DNA of 64,000 nucleotides. Origin: Haliotis cracherodii (lineage: Eukaryota). The stretch's first letter is position 1. The number at the start of each line of letters is the position of its first letter. Where the stretch lies: contig NW_027266297.1 in the NCBI RefSeq assembly GCF_022045235.1, positions 43,648,001 to 43,712,000 on the forward strand, read 5' to 3'. Shown piece after piece: positions 1 to 13,100 of this stretch. The notes beneath the pieces are model-generated. The model worked only from the letters and a program-made list of their open reading frames with translations, was not told the origin of the DNA and made no database searches. The position numbers and the translations under genes were made by a program.

Positions 1-2009
1 TTATTTGGACCACAGATTCACAGAGGTGCATCCAGGATTTTTAAGGGGTGGGGTGGGGGCACTTTTTGAATTGTCACTTTAGTGGGGCTTGTGGGAGTGT
101 TTACCTATCAATATACACAAATATTTCAATAAAACAGAGTCATTTTATTTTTCATTTTGGTCCTTAATGATATTCTGTTCTTTTTTTTCAAAAAGGAGAG
201 AAGCAGTTCAATATTTCTCCCAGTCCAACCTTTGCTGTGTCTGCAACAGGTGTCAATGACCTTTATTGTTCAATTATTAAAATGATGATAGGAAACAGTA
301 ATATTCAGTCTCAGTTTTCCACCAACACATTTTCGAAATGAGACCAGTGAATTGGGGATCCCAGTGATGAAAAGAAATTTGGCCTGGACAATAATTACAA
401 TACTGTAGCAATTATTGTAGCCATTGTTAATGAGTAGGATATTTTTTTTGATATTTTGTATTTTATTCTGTAAAACATACTTCTGACCACACACTCAAAA
501 CATGCTTCCAATTGGTAATGATATTAAAAAATACAGGTTTAATACATATTTCATTATTCAGTGATATTATTCATTGAAATATATATGAAGGAAACTTGGC
601 AATTTCTTAAAGATCCATGTTAACCAAATATTTTTCACACAAAAACTATGACCATTATATTTTAATATTTATGCAAGATTATGGATGTGATTTAGTTAGT
701 AGTGCCCTAATTACCGAAAATATATTAACTAGATATTTAATATGAATACTGAAAAGGATTTAGTGCAAATTTACTTTCACATTTATGTCAGAGATGTGGA
801 CATAAGCTAAGGTCATGATGTGCATGAACAAAACAACTGATGTATGAAAATAAAAATTACTATTTATGATGTCTCTTGATATTTTGCACAAAACTTGGAC
901 AGTACAATGGAAACCATTAAAATTCTATTTTAATTTTCAGTAATGTATATTTAAATACCATGAGCATTTGACAAAATAATAATGCAAATTCTATAGCAAT
1001 ATATATAAATTTGGGGACTGAATCTCACATGTGTTTATGTGTTCCAAACAGATATTTATATTTAGATTACAAAATGCACAGTTCCTTTTCTACTCCCTTG
1101 ATATTAGATGCACTCTGCAAATTTATTTCACATATATTAATTTCTTACTTTTCTTTGTATTTCCTGATCAGAAATAAAGTTGTATAGTCAATTTCATGGT
1201 TGTGTAATTCTTTAGCTTCATCAGTGAGGGGAAGAAAACCTCAGAGGTGGTTTTAGTATTAAATAGTTGAACATAGACACGTACATGCAAGAATGTTCCT
1301 CCATCACAGTCATCTGCTCCACGAGCGTTGCCCACATCACCATCTTGCTTGCACTTCAAACGCTTGATTAGCACCATATTTTCTTTACCATGATTTGTTT
1401 TTTTCCTGTAAGAGTCATTTAGGAAGTAAATCTAATGTGTTTTCAGTGTAGAGGGTTTCAACATAGATTCGATCCTTGTAAATTTCATTTGAAACCGAAC
1501 ACGTTAGCTGAAACCTATTCACTTAGGCACAATAAAATCATGTAGGCAGATATTCTGTAAGCATTATTCAAACTGACATCTCTGGAAAAAATGAAGGGAA
1601 CTTTGTAATGTCATGTACACACCACTATTATGATGTCACAAAGTTCGACAGAACGGAAGTCTGTTCATTGTGATGCATAAGAAATTATGTCACAATATGT
1701 GATAGAGCAGCTATAAAAGTCAAGCTGTCTTTAATTCGGTTTAACCTTACTGTGCCCTCACCTAGAGTGTTATAATAATTTTATTGTGTTTTATATCTGT
1801 ATATTTGTAATGTGTGTATGTATAAATGAATAAACGTATACCGGTACCTGATATTCTGCAACTGACTCTAGTTAATCACCCTCTCTAAATGCTAAAACAT
1901 GACAGCGAGGCCACTATTGCAACTCTAGCTGCATGACGACCAATTACCATGTTGTGATTTTAAAAAAATACATGTTGGACATTTATTTATAAATAACTTT
2001 ATTAAACTT

Positions 2010-5000
2010 TTGGAAAGATCATGCCTGTTTTCAATGTTTCTAGCCCTCTTCCAGTTTAGGAAAAAACATATTCATATCCCAAGAATCTCAAGTTAAAACA
2101 AAATAGCATTGTCATTTTTTACCCTTCTCCAAGTAATGAAAGGTCATGCCCTTATTCCAACCGTCTCAAGTTAATGAAAGGCCATGCTTGGGTCGACCCT
2201 TCTCCAGTTAATGAAAGATCATGCCTGTTTTGGACCCTTCTCCAGTTAATGAACGATCATGCCTTTATTCCATTTTTCTCCAGTTAGTAAAAGGTCATGC
2301 CCCTTCTTCCATCCTTCTCCAGTTAATTAAAGGTCATGCCTTTATTCCATTACCCACTTAATGAATCATCATGTCCTTATTCCATCCTTCTCCAGTTAAT
2401 GAATGGTCATGCCCTTATTCCATCCTCCAGTTAATGAATGATTATGCCTTTATTCCATCCTTCTCCAGTTAATAAAACATCATGCCCTTATTCCAACCTT
2501 TTTCACTAAATGAAAGGTCATCCCACAGTTAATGAACGATCATGCTCTTATTCCATCCTTCTCCAGTAAATGAAAGGTCATGCCCTTATTCGATCATCCA
2601 GTTAATGAAAGGTCTTGCCCTTATTCCATCCTTCTCCAGTTGATAAAACATCACACCCTTATTCTATCCCACAGTTAATGAACGATCATACCCTTATTCA
2701 ATCCTTCTCCCATTCATTGAAAAATCATGCCCTTATTCCATTCTTCAGTTAATGAAAGGTCATGCCCTTATTCCATCCCCTAGTTAATGAAAGATCATGC
2801 CCTTATTCCATCCTTCTTCGGTTTATGAAAGGTCATGCCCTTATTCCATCCTTCTCCAGTAAATGAAAGGTCATGCCCTTATTCCATCTTTCTCCCATTC
2901 ATTTAAAAATCATCCCCTTATTCCATCCTTCAGTTAATGAAAGATCAGGCCCTTATTTCATCCTTTTTAAGTTAATTAAAGCTCATGCTCTTATTCCATC
3001 TTTCTCCCATTCATTTAAAGATCATCCCCTTATTCCATCCTTCAGTAAATGAAAGGTCATGCCATTATTCCATTCTTCAGTAAATGAAAGGTCATAGCCT
3101 TATTCCATCCTCCATTTAATGAAAGGTCATGCTCTTCTTATTCCATCCTCCAGTTAATGAAAGGTCATACCCTTATTCCATTCTTCAGTAAATGCTTCTC
3201 GAGTTAATAAAAGGTCATGCTCTTATTCCATCCTCCAGTTAATGAAAGGTCATTCCCTTATTTCATCCTCCTGTTAATGAAATGTCATGCCCTTATTCCA
3301 TCCTTCAGTAAATGAAAGGTCATGATCTTATTCCATCCTCCAGTTAATGAATGGTCATACCCTTATTCCTTCCTTCAGTAAATGAAAGGTCATACCCTTA
3401 TTCCATCCTCCAGTTAATGAAAGGTCATGCCCTTATTCCATCCCTCAGTAAATGAAAGGTCATGCCCTTATTCCATCCTTCTCCACTTAATGAAAGGTCA
3501 TACCCTTATTCCATCCTTCTTCAGTAATTGAAAGGTCATAGCCTTATTCCATCCTCCATTTAATGAAAGGTCATACCCTTATTTCATCCTTCAGTAAATG
3601 AAAGGTCATGCCCTTATTCCATCCTTCTCCAGTTAATATAAGGTCATGCTCTTATTCCATCCTCCAGTTAATTAAAGGTCATACTCTTATTCTATCCTCC
3701 AGTAAATGAAAAGTAATACCCTTATTCTTTCCTTCAGTAAATGAAAGGTCATACCCTCATTCCATCCTTTTCCGGTTAATGAAAAGTCATACCCTTCTTC
3801 CATCCTTCAGTAAATGAAAGGTCATACCCTTATTCCATCCTTCTCCAGTTCATGAAAGGTCATACCCTTCTTCCATCCTTCTTCAGTAAATGAAAGGTCA
3901 TACCCTTATTCCACCCTTCTCCAGTTAATGAAAGGTCATACCCTTATTTCATCCTTCTCCGGTTAATGAAAGGTCATACCCTTATTCCATCCTTCTCCAG
4001 TTAATGAAAGGTCATACCCTTATTCCATCCTTCTTCAGCAAATGAAAGGTCATACCCTTATTCCACCCATCTCCACTTTATGAAAGGTCATACCCTTATT
4101 CCATCCTTCAGTAAATGAAAGGTCATACCCTTATTCCATCCTTCTCCACTTAATGAAAGGTCATGCCCTTATTTCATCCTTCTTCAGTAAATGAAAGGTC
4201 ATGCCCTTATTCCATCCATCTCCACTTAATGAAAGGTCATACCCTTGTTCCATCCTTCTTCAGCAAATGAAAGGTCATGCCCTTATTCCATCCTTCTCCA
4301 GTTAATGAAAGGTCATGCCATTATTCCATCCTTCTTCAGTAAATGAAACATTATGCCCTTATTCCTTCCCCTCTCCAGGTAATGAAAGGTCCTGATTAAT
4401 TAAAGACTGTCATTATTCTAACATTCTCCATTTTATTGAATGATCATGCCCTTATTCCATCCTTCTTCAGTTAATGAAAGGTCATACCCTTATTCCATCC
4501 TTCTTCAGTAAATGAAAGGTCATGCCCTTATTCCATCCTTCTCCAGTTAATAAAGGTCATACCCTTATTCCATCCTTCTTCAGTAAACGAAAGGTCATAC
4601 CCTTATTCTACCTTCTTCAGTAAATGAAAGGTCATACCCTTCTTCGATCCTTCTCCAGTAAATGAAAGGTCATACCCTTATTCTATCCTTCTCCAGTTAA
4701 TGAAAGGTCATGCCCATATTCCATCCTTCTTCAGCAAATGAAAGGTCATGCCCTTATTCCACCCATCTCCACTTTATGAAAGGTCATACTCTTATTCCTT
4801 CCATCCTCCATTTAATGAAAGGTCATGCTCTTCTTATTCCATCCTTCTCCACTTAATGAAAGGTCATACAATTATTTGATCCTTCCTCAGTAAATGAAAG
4901 GTCGAGCCCTTATTCCATCCTTCTCCAGTTAATGAAAGGTCATACCCTTATTCCATCCTTCTTCAGTAAATGAAAGGTCATGCCCTTATTCCATCCTTCT

Positions 5001-7980
5001 TCAGTTAATGAAAGGTCATACCCTTATTCCATCCTTCTTCAGCAAATGAAAGGTCATACCCTTATTCCACCCATCTCCACTTTATGAGGTCATACCCTTA
5101 TTCCATCCTTCAGTAAATGAAAGGTCATACCCTTATTCCATCCTTCTCCACTTAATGAAAGGTCATACCCTTATTTCATCCTTCAGTAAATGAAAGGTCA
5201 TGCCCTTATTCCATCCATCTCCACTTAATGAAAGGTCATACCCTTATTCCATCCTTCTTCAGTAAATGAAAGGTCATGCCCTTATTCCATCCTTCTCCAG
5301 TTAATGAAAGGTCATGCCATTATTCCATCCTTCTTCAGTAAATGAAACAACATGCGCTTATTCCTTCCTTCTCCAGGTAATGAAAGGTCCTGATTAATTA
5401 AAGACTGTCCTTATTCTAACATTCTCCATTTTATTGAATGATCATGCCCTTATTCCATCCTTCTTCAGTTAATGAAAGGTCATACCCTTATTCCATCCTT
5501 CTTCAGTAAATGAAAGGTCATGCCCTTATTCCATCCTTCTTCAGTTAATGAAAGGTCATACCCTTATTCCATCCTTCTTCAGCAAATGAAAGGTCATACC
5601 CTTATTCCACCCATCTCCACTTTATGAAAGGTCATACCCTTATTCCATCCTTCAGTAAATGAAAGGTCATACCCTTATTCCATCCTTCAGTAAATGAAAG
5701 GTCATGCCCTTATTCCATCCATCTCCACTTAATGAAAGGTCATACCCTTATTCCATCCTTCTTCAGTAAATGAAAGGTCATGCCCTTATTCCATCCTTCT
5801 TCAGTTAATGAAAGGTCATACCCTTATTCCATCCTTCTTCAGTAAATGAAAGGTCATACCCTTATTCCACCCATCTCCACTTTATTAAAGGTCATACCCT
5901 TATTCCATCCTTCAGTAAATGAAAGGTCATACCCTTATTCCATCCTTCTCCACTTAATGAAAGGTCATACCCTTATTTCATCCTTCTTCAGTAAATGAAA
6001 GGTCATGCCCTTATTCCATCTATCTCCACTTAATGAAAGGTCATACCCTTATTCCATCCTTCTTCAGTAAATGAAAGGTCATGCCCTTATTCCATCCTTC
6101 TCCAGTTAATGAAAGGTCATGCCATTATTCCATCCTTCTTCAGTTAATGAAACATCATGCCCTTATTCCATCCTTCTTCAGTAAATGAAAGGTCATGCCC
6201 TTATTCCATCCTTCTTCAGTTAATGAAAGGTCATACCCTTATTCCATCCTTCTTCAGCAAATGAAAGGTCATACCCTTATTCCACCCATCTCCACTTTAT
6301 GAGGTCATACCCTTATTCCATCCTTCAGTAAATGAAAGGTCATACCCTTATTCCATCCTTCTCCACTTAATGAAAGGTCATACCCTTATTTCATCCTTCA
6401 GTAAATGAAAGGTCATGCCCTTATTCCATCCATCTCCACTTAATGAAAGGTCATACCCTTATTCCATCCTTCTTCAGTAAATGAAAGGTCATGCCCTTAT
6501 TCCATCCTTCTCCAGTTAATGAAAGGTCATGCCATTATTCCATCCTTCTTCAGTAAATGAAACAACATGCGCTTATTCCTTCCTTCTCCAGGTAATGAAA
6601 GGTCCTGATTAATTAAAGACTGTCCTTATTCTAACATTCTCCATTTTATTGAATGATCATGCCCTTATTCCATCCTTCTTCAGTTAATGAAAGGTCATAC
6701 CCTTATTCCATCCTTCTTCAGTAAATGAAAGGTCATGCCCTTATTCCATCCTTCTTCAGTTAATGAAAGGTCATACCCTTATTCCATCCTTCTTCAGCAA
6801 ATGAAAGGTCATACCCTTATTCCACCCATCTCCACTTTATGAAAGGTCATACCCTTATTCCATCCTTCAGTAAATGAAAGGTCATACCCTTATTCCATCC
6901 TTCAGTAAATGAAAGGTCATGCCCTTATTCCATCCATCTCCACTTAATGAAAGGTCATACCCTTATTCCATCCTTCTTCAGTAAATGAAAGGTCATGCCC
7001 TTATTCAATCCTTCTTCAGTTAATGAAAGGTCATACCCTTATTCCATCCTTCTTCAGTAAATGAAAGGTCATACCCTTATTCCACCCATCTCCACTTTAT
7101 TAAAGGTCATACCCTTATTCCATCCTTCAGTAAATGAAAGGTCATACCCTTATTCCATCCTTCTCCACTTAATGAAAGGTCATACCCTTATTTCATCCTT
7201 CTTCAGTAAATGAAAGGTCATGCCCTTATTCCATCTATCTCCACTTAATGAAAGGTCATACCCTTATTCCATCCTTCTTTAGTAAATGAAAGGTCATGCC
7301 CTTATTCCATCCTTCTCCAGTTAATGAAAGGTCATGCCATTATTCCATCCTTCTTCAGTTAATGAAACATCATGCCCTTATTCCTTCCTTCTCCAGATAA
7401 TGAAAGGTCCTGATTAATTAAAGACTGTCCTTATTCTAACATTCTCCATTTTATTGAAAGGTCATACCCTTATTCCATCCTTCAGTAAATGAAAGGTCAT
7501 ACCCTTATTCCATCCTTCTCCACTTAATGAAAGGTCATACCCTTATTTCATCCTTCTTCAGTAAATGAAAGGTCATGCCCTTATTCCATCTATCTCCACT
7601 TAATGAAAGGTCATACCCTTATTCCATCCTTCTTCAGTAAATGAAAGGTCATGCCCTTATTCCATCCTTCTCCAGTTAATGAAAGGTCATGCCATTATTC
7701 CATCCTTCTTCAGTAAATGAAACATCATGCCCTTATTCCTTCCTTCACCAGGTAATGAAAGGTCCTGATTAATTAAAGACTGTCCTTATTCTAACATTCT
7801 CCATTTTATTGAATGATCATGACCTTATTCCATCTTTTCCAGTTTAATTATAAACTATGCCTCTTTTACAAATTCCTCCTCTTTAGTGAAAAGGACATGC
7901 TCCGATTTGATGAAAGATTATTCTCTTATTAAATAATTCTCCAGTGTAAGTAAAGAACTTGCCCTTATTCCAAATTGTCC
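2010..7980. repeat. 35/38-bp tandem satellite, roughly 150 units, with higher-order structure
   Basis: Consensus CCTTATTCCATCCTT(CTC/CTT)CAGT(T/A)AATGAAAGGTCAT(G/A)C; degenerate at both edges. Confidence 0.97.
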
Positions 7981-9933
7981 AGTGCAGCAGTCACAATGAA
8001 GTAACATAGTGTTCCCTTTCAATTGTAATCAGCCGTTTAGTGCAGACGTCACACTGCTACTAAATCACATCAAAGGCCTACTATTACCCTCAAATAGATT
8101 TGCTATCTACAGGCACCTAACAGAGAACTGCAAATCTTGAGTTGGTTACACGAGTGGTAGGAATATCAAAGCGTGAGACATTAGGGGATCCTGGAGTCCA
8201 TTGTTTATAGTAGAGGGCTCGTTCAGATTTATTTAAGATTCTGATCTCGCATACACATTAAGCATGCCCCATTGTAGGTTCCTCCTAGCACACACACTAT
8301 GCCAGCATGGGCACATTTGCCTTTGCTTGTGTGCATATATTCTTATGTTGATTCCTTCAGGTGCTTTTCCTGTGTGTAACCAAACTTACATATGCCTAAC
8401 AATCCTAGAAAATGTACAGGGTTTTACGAGACACACAAATGTGCGTCCAGTAAGTACAAACGCAGAGAATGGACATAGAAAAAAATTATACTGTGTCCCA
8501 AGGGACACAAGATCTTTGATTCATTCTAGGCTCTAAAGTAATTATCAAAACGTACAGTACACTAAACCATTTCATTAATCTACAGGACCCTCATATTACC
8601 CTTGTAAGGACCCTTAAAAGTAATTATTGGAGTCCCCTCAGCCCCCACTTTTGTAAGTCAAGGTACAACCCTGATGTATAAAGTAATGACAAAGTAACTC
8701 AGTTTAATAATACCAGCATATAAAAGATGATTATGATTGATGATGGATGATGATGTGACTGAATTTTACAACATGACAGAGTGCACGTCTGCAAGGACAA
8801 ATATATGAGGGTTTATATGAAAACATATCAGTGAGATCGCCAGTTGGGATTCCAGGTTAGAATTGGTCCCTAGTCACCTATCCATGTGACTTTGTTGATA
8901 ATGTGTCCATGTACAACAATGGTGTGGATCATGGCGCATTATATCAATCACGTCATACAGTTTCGAAGAGTTTGTGGCTTACTTCACAACATTTCATCTT
9001 CAGGTGGGTGGAAATCCAAATGTGCCATGGTTTGTCGATGTTTAGGATTATTTACAACAATGAAACTGATATGTTGATGACGGACCAAGGCTAATAAGCA
9101 GGATAAATCTAGAATTCAAACCACGATCAGTGGCATTCTTCATACAGAGGGAAAGGTGAGATAGCCTAGTGGTTTGATGCCCCACATGGGTACAATGTGT
9201 GAAGCCCATTTCTGGTGTCCCCACCGTGATATTACTGGAATATTATTAAAAGCAGTGTTAAACCATACTCACTCATTTATACAGCTAAGGGAGGCATCCC
9301 TGCATAGTGAGCTCCTGCAAAGTATACAACTGAAACAAGAAGTGTGTTATAGAATATGTAGCAAGTCACAGCAGATACTCTTTGAAATATCAGTGTTTTT
9401 AAATCCAAAATGAAAGTCAAGGGGTCCTTGTCCTAACACAAATGGTGAAAGTAAAATATTTAGATCACTGGATTCAAATACTATAGCAGCAAACCACAAG
9501 GACCCCAGGATACTCCTTATTGTAGGACACTGCATATGCTTGTTATAATGCTTCATGAGGATACAAACATCACAGTTCTGTGACTCCGCATTTTTTTGTT
9601 ATTAGTTGCAAGTCTTGTGGAACTTGTATTTGTGTCAGTGCATCCTCTCAAGCATGGAGATAGTTACATGAGTGTTTGTGTCATACTCATATTATGTGCC
9701 AGAATTCTTGCATTTGAAGTGTAGGAAGAGAAATAGTGTCAAATTAAAATCCAACAATAATTAAACATATTTAGGCACTCATTTAAACACAGACATACAA
9801 AAACATAAAAATGCATTTCATCTCAACTCTGTGAGGGATGCAAGAGAATATAAATATGCGTCACAGGAAAGTGCTAACCCTCACATAACTCTATTTGCCA
9901 TCTTACACCTGTATTTCTGCCTTGTCTCCCCAG

Positions 9934-10140
9934 TGCTGGCTTTGTCATCTTCTACGACTTCTTGCTGAACCTGGATACCAAGATAACAGCAGCCAGACTC
10001 ATTGTGGGCCTTCACAGCAGCACAGCCAAGATGGGTGAACCAACATACCTCCCCATGGTGTACACAGAACCGGCCACCAGACAACACCAGTATGTCGACA
10101 TCAGCAATGCTGTGATTGGTGCCAGACAGCCTGTTCCAAG
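9934..10140 (+). CDS. CCDC17: CCDC17-like exon A (AGFVIFYDFL...RQPVP)
   Basis: ccccag acceptor, gtgagt donor at 10141; phase 2 at both ends. Confidence 0.88.
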
Positions 10141-13100
10141 GTGAGTTTATACATACACATTCCTAGAACCTGTCACCAGACAACCTCAGAACATTGACAT
10201 CAGCAATGCTGTGATTGGTGCCAGACAGCCTGTTCCAAGGTGAGTTTATACACACACATACCTTGAACCTGTCACCAGACAACAACAGTTTGTTGTGATT
10301 TGGGCCAGAGATAGATTCTTGTAGGATTTGGACAGAGGTACTCTATAGAACTTTAAATCAAATCATGAAAGGCAGCCCAAGATGCCCGAAACTCAGCCCT
10401 GGATTGGTCTCGAGACTTTGCTTGTTCGTCTAAGTAATCTTGTTTGTTGTGGGTTCATGTCAGTCATGAAACAAACAGTTCTCTGATTAGCCTCTATGTG
10501 TTCTTCGGCAATCTTCTTCATCTTTTCATTGTGCTGTTGCCTTTGTTGTCCATGTGTATGATATGTTGCCCCAAATGTGTCTACAGATGTCCTCCCCAAC
10601 AAGACCTGGGTATTGTGCTGTAGCCTTGATGTTCCATGTGTATGATATGTTGCCCCAAATGTGTCTACAGATGTCCTCCCCAACAAGACCTGGGTATTGT
10701 GCTGTAGCCTTGGTGTTCCATGTGTATGATATGTTGCCCCAAATGTGTCTACAGATGTCCTCCCCAACAAGACCTGGGTATTGTGCTGTTGCCTTTGTGG
10801 TCCATGTGTATGATATGTTGCCCCAAATGTGTCTACAGATGTCCTCCCCAACAAGACCTGGGTATTGTGCTGTAGCCTTGGTGTTCCATGTGTATGATAT
10901 GTTGCCCCAAATGTGTCTACAGATGTCCTCCCCAACAAGACCTGGGTATTGTGGTGGAGCTTCAGTGCCAGGGTGGCCCAGCGTCAGACCACGACACACA
11001 GCGACTCATCACACGGGCGTGGACCAAGATTCCACTATTTGATTCTAATGGCAAACTGCAAGCTGGCAGATTCAAGATTCCATTCAGGAATGTCCCAATC
11101 AAACCTTTCATGACCTTCAACGAGCTCAACACAGTACCTCCAGTAAGTTAAACGGTGTGAAATCCCAGCACCATGGTATATTTACTGACATTTTACATGC
11201 TTGAACCTGTTTGAAACTTTTAGATGAACAAGTTTTGGTGAGGTGAGGTGAAATGGGGTTTAACGTAGCGTTCAAGATTATGGCATTTATATAGCGACAC
11301 GTGTATGTGTGTGTGCGTGTGTGCGTGTGTGTGTGTGTGTGCGTGTGCGAGAGCGCCGCAGTTTAACATGAATACCCCACTCAGACACTGTATACTGACT
11401 TCGGGCCGACCAGTCCTTGTTTTAGCCCCTTAATGTCATGCGCCAGACAGGGTAATGACAAGTTCCATCCTTTAAAGCCATTTGGTATGACGTGACCGGG
11501 GATTGAACCCCGGACCTTCCACGCTCTACGACTAGACCAAGGAGGTGGTCCGAACACATTTGGAATTTGATGACTCCTCATTACTATTTCTACGTCTTCA
11601 TATCTATGAATGCTTATAGATTAAGAATTTCCCTTGTTCAACAAGTGCCTTAATGTTAACCCGAAACAAGAGTTGTATATTTTCATGGGTACAATTTTCA
11701 TATTTCTCACTTTTTGTATGAATGAAAACTTATAAGTGATGTCATTAAACCCTATTCAAGGAAGGGAAAAGCAAATATTACAAATCAGACTAACACCTGG
11801 TCTCTGAAATGAAAATATTTTACAGAAAAAACAGTTATCAAATTATCTAAAAAAAATATAATAAAAAGGAGCCCAGAGACTAATCTAGACTTGCATGCGC
11901 TGTCAGGCTCTGTATGACAGACTAATTACAAATATGAACAACAAATTCAAACATTTTGGGACAAAAGGGTCATAAAACCACCTTCAGCTCTCTCCGCTAA
12001 CATGAATTCCAAATAGAAAATTCTTCATCATTGACAAATACTTTTCTCCTTCCCCAATGTGTCGATCCCATGTTTTCAGTATGCCGATGCAGAACTCTTC
12101 TATCGCATCGTCCACATGCGTGATGTGCCGTCTCAGTCTCAGTCTACCATTGCCGCCAACAACAGGGATCTCTACAGTCTGGCTCCCCAGGTAGACACAC
12201 AGACTGTCTTCTGTAGTGATTGTTGTCCAGCAATAGTGACAGTACACAGTAATTGTAGTGTTACTTGAAGTGAGATTATATGAAGAGGACCAAGAATTAA
12301 CTGTACTCTCGAAATCGAAACTGTGAATCACTTCCCCTAGCCTTGTCAGGATCTGCTGATTTTGGATTGAAGACAAGTTTTCACACAAGTAGTAAATGTG
12401 TGTTTGACATTTGTTGTTTTGGAAAATATTTGGAAATACTGACTTGATCATTGAGCCTGTTGCTTTTGATTTGTGATTCCTGTTCGACCGAAATATTCAT
12501 GTCTTCTCACCGCAGTTAGTGTTAAGAATAAGAAAGTGCACTATCACAGAGTGACCACACTTAGATATTGTTGGAAGGCACTGTAGCACTCACCATAGAA
12601 CTGACAAACCTTGTAACTCACGGATCCTGCATAAAAGAACAGTAGGCATGTTCCGCAACGAAGTAATTAACTGATGTGAAGTTGTGATAGTTAATAACAA
12701 AGAAATTAACTGATGTCAAGTTGTGATAGTTAATATTTTATTAAGTACTTAATCACATAACCCATTCACCCTATGATGACATTGAATTTCTATGCTTGAA
12801 TTAACAACATATTTTATAATGAATTTAACAAATGAATTAACCATGTCTTATTAACAGTACCCTTCACCCCAGTAGCATGTCACAGATATGATGTATAACT
12901 GCATTATAACTGTAAACAGTGAGAATCTTTGAAAATTCCAGATTTGTCTGTAACTTAAAAAAATATTTACAGTGTTCACAATTCTATTATTGTCTACCAA
13001 GTAATTTATATCTAAGTTTAAATGTTCAGAAAGAAATGTAACAATTGTTAACCAGCTTGAGGATCTGTACTTTGTATCTTTGCAGGGAGGGATGATCCTG

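Noticed and set aside
1168-1377. 69-aa minus-strand ORF (MVLIKRLKCKQDGD...)
   Set aside because: No recognisable homology or supporting exon chain.
2010-7980. Satellite as a CRISPR array or a hammerhead/retrozyme array
   Set aside because: No unique spacers and the context is eukaryotic. The minus strand has CTGAAGA but no stem II followed by GAAA.
1-9933. Upstream exons of the CCDC17-like gene
   Set aside because: I found no convincing exon ending in phase 2 with the expected PYDP-like sequence; the 5' part probably lies outside the window, though a small exon could have been missed.
10393-11042. Three overlapping 157-181-aa repetitive ORFs
   Set aside because: Products of the 84-bp (28-codon) repeat; the true coding frame is the one entering exon B at 10923.
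11984-12451. 155-aa minus-strand ORF
   Set aside because: Antisense shadow of exon C plus intron; no motif or splice support.
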